From Octopus sinensis (lineage: Eukaryota), in contig NC_042997.1 of assembly GCF_006345805.1 (NCBI RefSeq), positions 60,078,001 through 60,142,000 on the forward strand: a stretch of DNA of 64,000 bases, written 5' to 3'. Under the pieces are notes generated by a model. It did not search any database and had not been told where the DNA came from. It worked only from the letters and a program-made list of their open reading frames with translations. The position numbers and the translations under genes are program-made. Below, one piece after another: positions 13,535-26,284 of this stretch. The number at the start of each line of letters is the position of its first letter. The first letter of the stretch is position 1.

Positions 13535-14258
13535 TCAAATATAGGATAAAATTTTTTCGAAAAAATTTTTATCAATGGCCAGCATATTAAAAAATACCTT
13601 TGAAGGTTAAATTTATAAACAACTTATAAACAAGGGCAAAGGAAAAAATTTCTAATGCCAAATGTGCCGAAACTAGACACATCGTCCATAACCACATAAT
13701 TCATCACAATAAGCACGTGTCTCGAAGAAAGCTGACAGAAATTTCTAAAAAGTTCCGTTATTATCATATCGGACCCGATTTCAGAGTTAATTCATAAGAA
13801 CCGTCTCTTCGTCTCTGCGGCAAAGAAATAAATGAAATACTTATTTATACCCATGGAAGAAGCAAACACTAAGTCATGAACACAATTAAGTACCCCAAAT
13901 ATATCCAAAATAGAAATTCTCCATCCCATTCGAGACACGTGCGATTCGAACTGAAAACTCTCATAGAGTTAGAGAGTCCGGAAGTGAATACTATTAAATT
14001 TATATCTAATATAGGATAAAAGTCTTTCGAAAAAAATTTTATCAATGGCCAGCATATTAAAAAATACCTTTAAAGGTTAAATTATTAAACAAATTATAAA
14101 CAAGGGAAAAAGAAAAAAATTCTAATGCCAAATATGCCGAAACATCGTCCATAATTCATCACCATAAGCACGCATCCATAATCATATAATTCATCCCTAT
14201 AAGCACGCGTCCATAACCGTATAATTTATCACTATAAGCACGCGTCTCTTCGACAGAA
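13533..14258. mobile_element. Partial-tandem (470-bp period) non-coding element, probably PLE pseudo-LTR derived
   Basis: AATATAGGATAAAA...AATGGCCAGCATATTAAAAAATACC repeats at 13538 and 14008; three 35-bp subrepeats at 14151, 14186 and 14221; related sequence at 47480-47620. Confidence 0.65.
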
Positions 14259-15179
14259 AGGAATAAGAAGAGGTGATGAATTATATATATATTCCATTAT
14301 ATCGACCTAACTACATTACAGTTCTGCTTTAAAAAATTTCACAGTTGTACCTTAACAAATACCTTCTATTGTTTTGATTACTATTCTCTTCTACAAACAG
14401 TATTGCTCAAATATCGACACAAATGTGTATGGTAAAAGGATTGAAAAATAATGATATTGCATCATCACTAAAGTTAAAATACCTTGATATATCCCGGTAT
14501 TTGCAGAACAGGTCAGTAAGTTGGATTTGTGTGCTAAAGAGCTAAATCTCATGACATTTTACTGTTCTAACATGATATCATGAGGCGATAATATAATTTT
14601 TGATGCAAGAGTAAAACTATACTTTTAATCAAGTGTTTTTCCATTCACTTTGTGGGATGGATATAGCGCGACTGAACTGGACACAATATAATATTTACAG
14701 AAGTTTTTGGATGTAGGTTCCTCTAGACTGTGTAATTCGTGTATCTAAGAATTATTCTGCAACATTTCCACAACAGCAGTTTTACAGTTTAATTACATTA
14801 ATTGATTCATTTAGATTGTAGGTTATATCTTAGATACATTAATTTTCCCTTCTGTTTATTTTGCTTCGGTTAATATTGATTTCTCAGATTGGCACACGGC
14901 TATGCTTTAGTCAGTACTGAAAACATAAAAGTTGTTTTGATACGATTGAAGAAATGCTTGTGTTGGACCAGGAAGAACATATAACTAAAACAAGAATATG
15001 TTTTCAAAATTCCAGTATTAGTTTAACCTAGTCTTCTTCAACAGCACTAAAATACATTAATTACAAATATGAATGGAAAACTCTGACAACACTACATAAT
15101 TTCTGTTGATGTAAAGTTTTTTTCTAACACTGAGCCTTACATTTCCCATCATGTCTCGCACGTTATGATATGTTTAAAG

Positions 15180-15330
15180 AAGAAAGGGTTTTCGAGGAAG
15201 AGGTGGGAATTGGTGGGCTTTGATTAGAGGAGTCGGAAGTACCACAGAATGATGCGCTGGATAGATAACGTGGTGGGATAGCAGGTGAGAGCAAACAGAG
15301 GGCAGTTGATGGTCCTCAACTCTTCCCCGC
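15180..15330 (-). mobile_element. PLE RT-thumb remnant
   Basis: Minus frame CPLFALTCYPTTLSIQRIILWYFRLL resembles the Neptune-type PLVLT.HP...IQRIIL motif. Confidence 0.5.
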
Positions 15331-16048
15331 TTTACACATTCTTTTTGGATCCTTTATTTACTCCAGGTTTTATTAGCCATTCATCCTCAACCCCACCACC
15401 CTATCAACTTTTCTTTCTACATCTTAAACTAATTCATCTTCACCACCAACAATCTCATCAGTTTCATTCAAAGCCAAATATGCAGCCAGCTGAGTGCTGA
15501 TGAGATTTGACGGGCACTAAACTATAAATTTAGCAACAACCCTCAGGACGTCATTTTCATTTACTTGACTATACTTCTTGGAATCTATTCGTTTCCATCT
15601 ACTTACACCACATTTCTATCGATCCTGACTACGACGTAAACAATAACTTACTTTCCAGCTTGTGACTACTCACCCATATAATTAGCAACCGATTTGTACT
15701 CCCCTTGTTATATATATATATCCACACATACTTATGCGCATACATATGCACACCTATATATCTATAAACGACAAATCACATCACCACATAGACAATTGCA
15801 TAAAGCCATTTGTCTTATAAGGGCCATACACACACCACCACGCTTCATTACATACACACACATGCATACTTACACATACATGCACAAAGCACATACAAAT
15901 CCCCACAGACACACACATGCAAACCCATAAACACAATCGCACTTAAACACACTTATAAGCACATATATTTACATTCAACAACACACTTCTACACGTTTAT
16001 TTACACAATAATTGTCTCGAATTTAGGCACAAAGCCAACATGTTCGTA

Positions 16049-16092
<44 letters not shown>

Positions 16093-16560
16093 CACACACA
16101 CACACATGCACACACACAAACAAACAGACAAACAAACAAACAAACAAACACACATGTGTATATGAATATATGTTTATGAATTTGTGTTGTAAGATTCCTG
16201 ATGTGAAACCGTGTGTTGAAACAGATATTGTTATATTTAGGGATGGTAATTTCTTTTGCCAAATAAACACACGCACTATGTATCTGTTCTTCATTCATTT
16301 ATTATTGTTCTTAATTTTCTTATGTCTGTTGTCTGGAAATCTTTCGTCATACATATGTAACCTCTTCAGCTACCTTTTCCATCCATTAGATGAAAAAAAA
16401 AACTCCAAAAAACATACACATGACGCACTTGAACACATTTTAAGACCACCAAATTTCATACTATGGTAATCTGTAAGGCACAAGGTACCACACTTAGTTT
16501 CAAACCCGGAGCAACGTTGTAGCAAAACTAATCTCTTACGCATTCCAAAATCGAGGGAAA

Positions 16561-17073
16561 TCTATATATATAAAACTGTAGTTGTGTGAGTGTCTGTCCC
16601 CTTCGATTTAGATTCCTAACTACTCCCACATTTCGCGGTGCAGTTTAACCAAATTCGGGTATCTTATAGTCGTGATTCATATCGAGCCCGTCTGAGTATT
16701 AGCGCGCGTCTACAATGAGTCTACGATTTTAAAAATAATTTAACATCATTTTTTATTCCATTTTAATGCATAATTTTTCGTGTGTCGATGGCGGCGGAGT
16801 TAGCGTCCATGGTCACACCTGCACCTGTTTGCTTCTCCCCCTTCTTCCCTCCCTCGTGAAGCTGTGGGGAAGGGAGTGTAAGGAAATCAACGTCGTAAAG
16901 CGTTGTCAAGGAGACCAGCGTTCTTTTAGAACAACGACTTCATGGCTTGAAGACACCAAAACAGAAATGGCTAAGAAAGCCCGAATTGGCATCTATAAGG
17001 GAAGTAACTCCCTAAAAATGCTTATATAGTTATTTCCCTTACAAACGCGAGCAACGCCGGGCGATACTGCTAG
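16561..17073 (+). mobile_element. Non-autonomous Helitron
   Basis: A|TC 5' end (TCTATATATATAAAA), CTAG|T 3' end preceded by GC-rich GCGAGCAACGCCGGGC; no TSD. The same 3' end recurs at 48720-48747. Confidence 0.8.
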
Positions 17074-18096
17074 TATTTTATATAATATCATATTTAACCG
17101 CATTCTTTTCTTAACCAAGTCAACAAGTATGTTCTTTGACTTTAATATAAGTATACGGCAACATGCTTTATTTACACTTTCAACTACAGTTTTCTTCTCT
17201 AACTGTATAATATCCCAGTGCAGATTCTTTTCAACGTCTCTACTCTGTCCCAACCCATTCTAAACCGTTCTCACTGTCCTTTGTTCTCAGAACAAATTGC
17301 ACCCTTGAAAACAGCTTCCTGATGAGAATTTCCCGTATATGTAGGTATCATCTTGCAAAATTTCAAGTTGTACTTCAATCACAACAGTACTACCAAACTA
17401 GGGAATTTGAAGACGCTATGGGTATTGCACTGACTAGAATGTAAAATCAACCTTGTGGTTTGATATAATTTTGGTGGCAGACACAAGTAGTATATAACAT
17501 TTGTTATAATTTCATCTTAAAAGTAAAATTTTATTAATATAACATTGGTTGAAATATAGGTCTGGAATCATTTAGCAGTGAATCATTGAAGCATCAAAAC
17601 AATATCTAAGGTTATTACTACTTAGAATAAGTAATAGTATTGAAGCTACAATTAGAAAATTAACACATTTCCCCCACAAGTTTTGAGCGCATAATGCGTC
17701 CCAGAAGATGTAGATTTTATTATAAAATGAATCATAAAAGATGCCAATTTATAAAAACAATTCTTGGTGTCAGAAGAGAAAAACAAGAGTGGAGAATTAT
17801 ATTTGATTTGAATTAAATGTTGCATTTCTATGTTCCTTTGGGGGATATAGCTTCATTAAATACTTAAAATAGCGTTTTCAAATAGAAAGAATAGTTTTAA
17901 TGAAAGACCAACTAATTCTCTAAAGAAAACATGAACCAGTGTTTTTTATTAAAATCAGGTGCATCAGTTTTCTTAATGTAATAACGCAAAGAAGCCCATA
18001 TACACAGGAACAATTTACTGACTACCAGGTAGGGAAAATTTTGTGTATGTGAATATTATGATATCAATAATAATATTAATATCGATAATAATAACC

Positions 18097-18292
18097 CTTT
18101 CTTCAATATGCACAAGGCCTGAAATTTTGGAGGCAGTACTTGACTGGTACTCAGTTCATCGACTTCGAAAAGATGAAAGGCGAAGTCGACCTCGAAGGAA
18201 TCTGAACTCAGAACGTGAAGACGGACTAAGTACCGCTAAGCATTTTGCCCGGCGTGCTAACGATTCTGCCAGCTCGCCGCCCGAAAGAGAAA
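18097..18292 (-). mobile_element. SINE (1331 family)
   Basis: Reverse complement of GGCGAGCTGGCAGAATCGTTAGCACGCCGGGC...GAGTTCAGATTCC. Confidence 0.8.
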
Positions 18293-18653
<361 letters not shown>

Positions 18654-18670
18654 TAATAATAATAATAATA

Positions 18671-19220
18671 GTCTTGGTAGTACATTGTTTTGTCTTGGTA
18701 GTACATTGTTTTGTCTTGGTAGTACATTGTTTTGTCTTGGTAAGTACATTGTTTTGTCTTGGTATAAAAGATGGGCTACAGCAAATATTCTGCTCAATAC
18801 CACAGATTTGTTTGTCAGTTGTTTGACCATAACCAGTTGACAATGTCCCTTAGTGGCTGACGATATGTGCATCTCTGATCACGAGCAGAAGTAGTGGGGG
18901 AGCATCATAGCCATGTGTTGAGAGGGATTCTTTGGAGTTTGAATAATTCACCTCTGGAAACATGGGAGGTTCTTTCAACATCCTTAGACAACCCTTATTC
19001 AGGGACCTTTTGAGAGGGATGGGCTACTCAACCTGAAGAAAATTGTAACTGGGCCCCACCTGCAAGGTCATGCGCTGTTTATCTTGATATGAAATCACCA
19101 TGTCGGACACATATGGTTGTGATGCATGTGCCTGGTGTACCCTTATCAGACGGGTAGTCATGATGGGTATATTGGGCTTCGTATATTTTACCCCAGTGTC
19201 ACTTTGATGGCATGAACTGC
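18671..19220 (+). mobile_element. ~540-bp non-coding retroposon copy with a 21-bp stutter at its 5' junction
   Basis: Colinear with 22440-22927; ends CTCTCACTC-(AAT)n. Confidence 0.85.
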
Positions 19221-19243
19221 TCTCTCACTCAATAATAATAATA

Positions 19244-19282
<39 letters not shown>

Positions 19283-19299
19283 TGATGATAATAATAATA

Positions 19300-19367
<68 letters not shown>

Positions 19368-19391
19368 GTAATAATAATAATGATAATAATC

Positions 19392-19423
<32 letters not shown>

Positions 19424-19424
<1 letters not shown>

Positions 19425-21315
19425 GCACCAACAATCATAAAATTCATAGAGCACTCTATGAATAAATGGCAAACAGTCCTACACCTCCAAACAAAAGAGG
19501 GATTCATGAAAACCAAAGACATCCCCATTAGAAGAGGAATATTCCAGGGAGACACGCTCTCTCCACTCCTTTTCTGCTTGGCACTGTCACCTCTATCTGA
19601 TATGCTAAATAGAACTGGATGCGGATATAAATGTTACGGCAAAACGATCAGCCACCTTTTATATATGGATGACCTAAAACTATACGCTGCAAATGACAAA
19701 CAGCTGGAAACACTATTAAAGACAGTTCATGGATTTACCAAAGAAATAGATATGAAATTTGGATTAGAAAAATGCGCCAAAGTAACCATGAAAAGAGGAA
19801 AACTAGTTAAGAGTAACAACATCACACTAGATAAAACCAATGAAATAAAAGAATTAGACCAAAGCCAAACTTACAAATACTTAGGAATCCATGAACTAGA
19901 TAAGACACAACACACACAAATGAAAGAGAAAATAAAAAAAGAATATTATAGGCGAGTTAGATCAATACTAAACACAGAGCTCAATACTAAAAACAAGATA
20001 ATAGGTATCAACACTTTAGCTGTCCCAGTTATAAGTTACAGCTACAATATCCTTAACTGGACACGAAATGAACTGACCAAAATAGATAGGAAAACAAGAA
20101 AAATAATGACAGGATCTAGGATGCATCACCCAAAATCTGACATAGAAAGACTATATATACAACGTATAGAAGGTGGTAGAGGCCTTATACAGCTGGAAAA
20201 CTACTATAAAATAACCACCATAGGACTGCAAAAATATCTACTTCAGAAGGAAGGAAAACTGATCCAGATAGCGGAAAAACACGAGCAAAACAAAAAACTG
20301 TTCTCAGTATTTAAGGAAGCTGACAAATACAAACAAGAAATCATACCACCTAATAAACATGAAGAAGAAGAAGAAGATGAAGAAACAACAAAAGCTATAA
20401 AACAAATGAAATCCAAACTAAAAATAGAACAGCAACGAACCATGATAAAACGATGGCAAGAAAAGCCCCTTCATGGTAAATACTGGACTAAACTAAACGC
20501 AAAAGAAATAGACAAAGAAAAATCCCAGCAATGGTTGAGAAGCTCAGGACTCAAAGCAGAAACAGAGGGATTTTTAATTGCAGGACAAGACCAAAGCCTC
20601 CCCACCAGAAATTACCAAAAACATGTAATGAAAAGAAATATTACGAGTAACTGCAGAATATGTGGAGATGGACAAGAAACAATAAATCATATTATCTCTA
20701 GTTGCCCAGTCTTGGCTAAGAAGGAATATATTCACAGACATGACAGAGTTGGAACCTACATACATTGGAAGCTATGCCAACATTATGGAATAACAACAGA
20801 AAAAAGATGGTATAGGCACACACCAGAAAAGGTCACAGAAAACGAGAAAGCAACCATACTCTGGGATATGCCGATACACACAGATAGAGAAATTAAGGCC
20901 AACAGACCAGATATAGTTGTCAGAGATCATGAAGAAAAAAAATGCTTTCTAATTGATGTATCAATACCGGCTGATGACAACGTGTCTCTAAAAGAAATGG
21001 AGAAACTCTCAAAATACAAAGACCTGGAAATAGAGGTAACTAGAAGGTGGAACCTGAAAACAGAAACAATTCCTATCATAGTAGGTGCATTAGGCATGAT
21101 AAAAAAATATTCAGACAAATACATAACAAAAACACCAGGACTTACAAACACATATAACATACAGAAAATTGCACTACTAGGCACTGCACACATCCTACGC
21201 AGAACACTTTCCATACAATAACCATCAGAGCATCACAACAAATCACAGCACATACCCAAGGCACACAGAGCTGTGCTCGGTAGTGAAGTGAAAGCACGCT
21301 ATAAAAATAAAACTA

Positions 21316-21318
<3 letters not shown>
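19424..21318 (+). mobile_element. Young 5'-truncated R4/Dong-like RLE LINE inserted in (AAT)n
   Basis: Uninterrupted frame with RT (GIFQGDTLSPLLF, YMDDLKL), CCHC knuckle (CRICG...HIISSC) and RLE (RPDIV..LIDVSIP..EKLSKYKDL); ~97-bp 3' UTR then (AAT)n. Confidence 0.95.
19425..21221 (+). CDS. RT-CCHC-RLE polyprotein, C-terminal ~600 aa (5'-truncated; the poly-Ile start in the ORF track is microsatellite)
   Basis: ORF 19380..21221 with the motifs listed for the element. Confidence 0.9.
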   Translation, partial: APTIIKFIEHSMNKWQTVLHLQTKEGFMKTKDIPIRRGIFQGDTLSPLLFCLALSPLSDMLNRTGCGYKCYGKTISHLLYMDDLKLYAANDKQLETLLKTVHGFTKEIDMKFGLEKCAKVTMKRGKLVKSNNITLDKTNEIKELDQSQTYKYLGIHELDKTQHTQMKEKIKKEYYRRVRSILNTELNTKNKIIGINTLAVPVISYSYNILNWTRNELTKIDRKTRKIMTGSRMHHPKSDIERLYIQRIEGGRGLIQLENYYKITTIGLQKYLLQKEGKLIQIAEKHEQNKKLFSVFKEADKYKQEIIPPNKHEEEEEDEETTKAIKQMKSKLKIEQQRTMIKRWQEKPLHGKYWTKLNAKEIDKEKSQQWLRSSGLKAETEGFLIAGQDQSLPTRNYQKHVMKRNITSNCRICGDGQETINHIISSCPVLAKKEYIHRHDRVGTYIHWKLCQHYGITTEKRWYRHTPEKVTENEKATILWDMPIHTDREIKANRPDIVVRDHEEKKCFLIDVSIPADDNVSLKEMEKLSKYKDLEIEVTRRWNLKTETIPIIVGALGMIKKYSDKYITKTPGLTNTYNIQKIALLGTAHILRRTLSIQ

Positions 21319-21367
<49 letters not shown>

Positions 21368-21369
<2 letters not shown>

Positions 21370-21548
21370 CCTTTCTACTTTAGGCACAAGGCCTGAAATT
21401 TTAGGGGAGGGGGCCAGTCGATTACATCGATCAGTACGCAACTGGTACTTAATTTATCGACCCCGCAACGATGAAAGGCAAAGGCAAACTCAGAATATTG
21501 TTAAGCATTTCGCCCAGCGTGCCAACGATTATGCCAGATCGCCGCCTA
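21368..21548 (-). mobile_element. SINE (1331 family), deleted copy
   Basis: Reverse complement of GGCGGCGATCTGGCATAATCGTTGGCACGCTGGGCGAAATG and GGGGTCGATAAATTAAGTACCAGT. Confidence 0.7.
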
Positions 21549-21561
21549 AATAATAATAATA

Positions 21562-21609
<48 letters not shown>

Positions 21610-21626
21610 TGATGATGATGATGATG

Positions 21627-21658
<32 letters not shown>

Positions 21659-21675
21659 TAATAATAATAATAATA

Positions 21676-22159
21676 ACATTGTTTTGTCTTGGTATAAAAG
21701 ATGGGCTACAGCAAATATTCTGCTCAATACCACAGATTTGCTTGTCAGTTGTTTGACCTTAACCAGTTGAGCATGTCCCTTAGTGGCTGACGATATGTGC
21801 ATCTCTGATCACGAGCAGAAGTAGTGGGGGAGCATCATGGCCATGTGTTGAGAAGGATTCTTTGGAGTTTGAATGGTTCACCTCTGGAAACATAGGTGTT
21901 TCGTTCAACATCCTAAAGCAACCCTTATTCAGGGACCGTTTGAGCAGGATGGGCTACTCAACCTGAAGAAAATTCTAACTGGGCCCCACCTGCAAGGTCA
22001 TGTGCTGTTTATCTTGATATGAGATCACCATGTCGCGCACATATGGTTGTGATGCATGTGCCTGGTGTACCTTTATCAGACGGGTAGTCATGATGGGTAT
22101 ATTGGCTTCGTATATTTTACCCCAGTGTCACTTTGATGGCATGAACTGCTCTCTCACTC
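21676..22159 (+). mobile_element. ~540-bp non-coding retroposon copy
   Basis: Colinear with 22441-22927; (AAT)n on both sides. Confidence 0.85.
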
Positions 22160-22198
22160 AATAATAATAATAATAAAAACAATAATAATAATAATAAT

Positions 22199-22248
22199 AG
22201 CTGTGCTCGGTAGTGAAGTGAAAGCACGATATAAAAAATATACTACTG
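22199..22248 (+). mobile_element. 50-bp stub of the 19424-21318 LINE 3' UTR
   Basis: AGCTGTGCTCGGTAGTGAAGTGAAAGCACG.TATAAAAA...ACTACTG matches 21269-21318. Confidence 0.85.
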
Positions 22249-22304
22249 AATGATGATGATAATAATACTGACCCCAAGATTCTGAGTTCAATTCCAGGCA
22301 ATGA

Positions 22305-22384
<80 letters not shown>

Positions 22385-22927
22385 GTACCAGGCAGTGGCT
22401 CTCATGGCTTCTGATCTTAACTGATTGGAAGTGTCATCATGTACATTGTTTTGTCTTGGTATAAAAGATGAGCTACAGCAAATATCCTGCTCAATACCAC
22501 AGATTTGCTTGTCAGTTGTTTGACCGTAACCAGTTGAGCATGTCCCTTAGTGGCTGACAATACGTGCATCTCTGATCACGAGCAGAAGTAGTGGAGGAGC
22601 ATCATAGCCATGTGTTGAGAGGGATTCTTTGGAATTTGAATAACTCACCTCTGGAAACATAGGTGTTTCGTTCAACATCCTAAAGCAACCCTTATTTAGG
22701 GACCTTTTGAGCAGGATGGGCTACTCGACTTGAAGAAAATTCTAATAGGGCCCCACCTGCAAGGTCATGTGCTGCTTATCTTGATATGAGATCACCATGT
22801 CGCGCACATATGGTTGTGATGCATGTGCCTGGTGTACCCTTATCAGACGGGTAGTCATGATGGGTATGCTGGGCTTCGTATATTTTACCCCAGTGTCACT
22901 TTGATGGCATGCACTGCTCTCTCACTC
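22385..22927 (+). mobile_element. Longest plus-strand copy of the ~540-bp non-coding (AAT)-tailed retroposon
   Basis: GTACCAGGCAGTGGCTCTCATGG...CTCTCACTC-(AAT)n; five copies in the window share the 3' region. Confidence 0.85.
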
Positions 22928-22986
<59 letters not shown>

Positions 22987-22989
22987 TAA

Positions 22990-24240
22990 TAGGCTTTTGA
23001 TAGCCTACCACATAGCTGGATTAAGAAATGCCTGGAAATGTATAAGATAGCACCTACTCTGCGAAACTTTTTGACTGTAAGTATGAGATCATAGAGAACC
23101 ACACTAACTCTGAACAGTGACAATGAATCCCTAAATGCTGGTGATGTAAAATTTCATGTGGCATTTTCCAGGGTGACTCACTGTCACCACTCCTCTTTTG
23201 TTTAGCCTTAATACCTCTCTCAAAACTGCTCAATGACGCGCAGTACGGGTATAAAATGCTTGATAAAAATATAAATCATCTCATTTACATGGATGATTTA
23301 AAGCTTTTTGCAAAAAGTGACCAACAACTCAAGGGCTTACTAGCGATAGTCAAACAAATCAGTGGCGACATCAGAATGCAATTTAGCCTCGATAAATGTG
23401 CAAAAGCTACCTTTATCAAAGGAAAAATGACAGAAACATCTAACGTTAACCTTGACCAGCAGAATGTCATAAAAGAACTAGACCCAGCGGAGAGCTACAA
23501 GTACCTAGGGGTAATTAAAGGGGACGGAATAAGGCATTCAGAGATGAAGGAAAAGATCAGGAGAGAATCTTATCGAAGAGTGAGAGCAATACTCAAGACA
23601 GAGCTGAATGCGAGAAACAGGATCGAAGCGATCAATGCATTAGCCATACCAGTCGTGACTTACAGTTTCAATATCGTTAACTGGTCAATTACTGAAATAT
23701 GTCAGCTTGACAGAAAAATACGAAAACTGTTGACAATGCATAGAATGCACCACCCTAAGGCAGATACAGAACGACTTTATCAGCCAAGAAAAGAGGGAGG
23801 CCGTGGTCTTTTACAACTGGCAATAACAATGAAGATTGCTACAACTGGCCTAGACACCTACCTGAAAAAGTCTGAGGACTGGATGTTAAAACTTGTCTCA
23901 AAACATGAAAACAAGAAAGCATCATACTCAGTAACAAAACAGGCAAAGGAATATCTAAGTGAATTCCGAATACAACAAATTTCAGAATTAGAGATAGACA
24001 TACAAGAAACGAGCACAGAAAAAGCTAAGCGCATGAAAACCCGTGCCAAAACTGCGGCCTTAGATATTCTGAATAATAAATGGCAAGAAAAACCTCTCTA
24101 TGGCAAATACCCAAAGAGAGCGAATAATACAGATAATGACAAAGGCTAATGGCCTCTGGCTTAAAATCTGAAACAGAAGGGTTTATCATAGCAGCTCAAG
24201 ATCAATACCTACCAACAAGAAACTACCAGGCCAACATATG
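22990..24240 (+). mobile_element. RLE LINE (different family), 5'-truncated and 3'-interrupted
   Basis: AFDSLPHSWI..GIFQGDSLSPLLFCLAL..YMDDLKLFAK..MHHPKADTERLY..GLKSETEGFIIAAQDQ (ORF 23256..24149). Confidence 0.9.
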
Positions 24241-25050
24241 CGGAGACATATACGGGTGTGGGTGGTTTGTCCGGGACTGTTTGAAGGAATTTGTCCGAAG
24301 ACTTCTTGAATTTTGTGTGGTCAGTTTCTTTTTTGACGTGTCCTGGTGTAATGTTGAAGAGAGCGGGTCCAATTGAGGTGAAATAGTTGTGCCGTATTGT
24401 CGTTATGTGATGCGATTTAGATTTTTGTTGTGGACGGATGGCACGTGGTCCAAGCCTTGGATGTATTTTGAAGGTGATGCCAACATCATTCGGACAGTGC
24501 TGATGGAATATTTTCCACATCATACAGATAATGTAGCGTTCACGGCGTCGTTGGAGTGAATACAGTTTCAGCTTCTCTAGTCTACCCCAGTAGTCAAGGT
24601 CTGAATTGCCATCTATCTTTTTTGTGATTGACCTTTGGGGAGCTTCAATTCTCATAATATTTTGTTTTGTGTAGGGAGACCACAGTGGACAGCAATATTC
24701 AAGGTGGGGTCGGGCAAAAGTGGAGAAGAGAAGGATAATAGTGTGGGAATCTCTCGACTGGAAGGTTCTGAGAATCCAGGAACACATTCTGCGGGCCATG
24801 TCAACTTTGCTGCTTATGTGTGTAGCCCAGGTTATGTTGTTGTCCACTGTTACTCCCAAGTCTCTGATGTTGTTGGATGCCATGAGAATTTCTCCAGAAG
24901 GAAGGGAGTATGGGAGTTTCATTTAAAAAGAGATAATGACTTCGAAGTAAAACACGAGGAATTCTCTTTACTCTTAAAGTCTTGTCGCTTTGTCAGCGAC
25001 TGCCATGAACTCTCTGAAGAAGAACATAAATAGAACTCGAAGAAAAGCGT
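24241..25050 (-). mobile_element. CR1/L2-group LINE RT C-terminal fragment
   Basis: ORF 24209..24922: RDLGV..ARPHLEYCCPLWSP..LKLYSLQRRRER. Confidence 0.85.
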
Positions 25051-25279
25051 TCATACATACATACATACATACATACATACATACATACATACATACATAC
25101 ATACATACAAAGAAAAATACCCTGTTGTTGATGCTGAATTTCCAATGAAGGAAACTTGGATCTATGTTAGAAACCAGTTGCTTTTCTATTGCCAAGAAAT
25201 CTTGAAATAAACTGAATAATGGCATACATATGCATGTGTAATATGTATGGGGGTTATCTTCTGCAAAAAAAGAAGAAAT

Positions 25280-25970
25280 ATTCACATTTTAAACTTGAGA
25301 AAAATTTTGCATATTTTTACCGATCCGTTTAATGATTGTATTTACAATGTGCGAATTAACTGATTTATTTTTTTTCTGAAAACTAGCTTATCCAGATTGT
25401 CACTTAGGTATTTATTCACGAAACCATGTACAACAATTAGTATTGGTATAAATGTGCATAATCTGGATATAGAAGCTGGAGGTTTTGAGGCAATTGTCTG
25501 TAGTTATCCTCTTTCTCCTTGATTTTCGAAGAGATATTCGTACTAACAGGGCAGCTGACCTTTATGACGGTATGTACCCTTTCTTGCTCGGCCTGTCATA
25601 TTTACACTCAACAGAAGTTTTGTTGAAAATGTTCCACCGATATTTCTTTTTTGCGCATGTATTCAATAGCGTTGTGGGTGAGGTTCTCTATAGATATTTC
25701 AGTATACTGAAAAATCTTTTCGAATGACGTATATTGTTTTAGTGACAACGTCTTGTCGCATGGGGAGGTAATCCCTTGATGACATTTTTGGACAGCTACT
25801 AATCACATGTGTGATATCCACCACAAACATGTGACATAATCTACATGTTCACTTGTATGATGGAGTTCCAAGAACTTCACGGTCTATTTTATCTATTAGG
25901 TGTTTCGTAGTAATCACCAGTTCTTGGGTTGCAAGTGTATAACCTTCGAAGTGTAATGTGGTGTAGCAGT
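25280..25970 (-). mobile_element. RLE LINE 3' fragment adjoining (CATA)n
   Basis: Minus frames CRLCH..DITHVISSCPKMS..MRQDVV, ISCP..NIS.KIKEKEDNY and GSVKICKIFLKFKM*; 5' flank is the long (TATG)n tract. Confidence 0.75.
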
Positions 25971-25971
25971 T

Positions 25972-26220
25972 GTATGTATGTATGTATGTATGTATGTATG
26001 TATTTATGTATGTATGTATGTATGTATGTATGTATGTATGTATGTATGCATGCATGCATGCATGTATGTATGTATGTATGTATGTATGTATGTATGTATG
26101 TATGTATGTATGTATGTATGCATGCATGTATGTATGTATGTATGTATGTATGTATGTATGTATGTATGTATGCATGCATGTATGTACGTATGTATGTATG
26201 TATGTATGTATGCATGTATG

Positions 26221-26251
<31 letters not shown>

Positions 26252-26277
26252 GTATGTATGTATGTATGTATGTATGT
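25972..26277. repeat. (TATG)n microsatellite, ~300 bp
   Basis: Directly visible, with occasional CATG variants. Confidence 0.95.
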
Positions 26278-26284
26278 TTCTATG

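Noticed and set aside
13331-13535. (TATC)n-(TA)n-(GATA)n as a true palindrome
   Set aside because: Sub-block order is not mirrored; ordinary compound microsatellite.
18671-18765. CRISPR-like short direct repeats
   Set aside because: Contiguous 21-mers with no unique spacers, no cas genes, eukaryotic context.
22405-22430. U2 snRNA-like segment in the 540-bp retroposon
   Set aside because: Only a short, imperfect antisense resemblance; insufficient.
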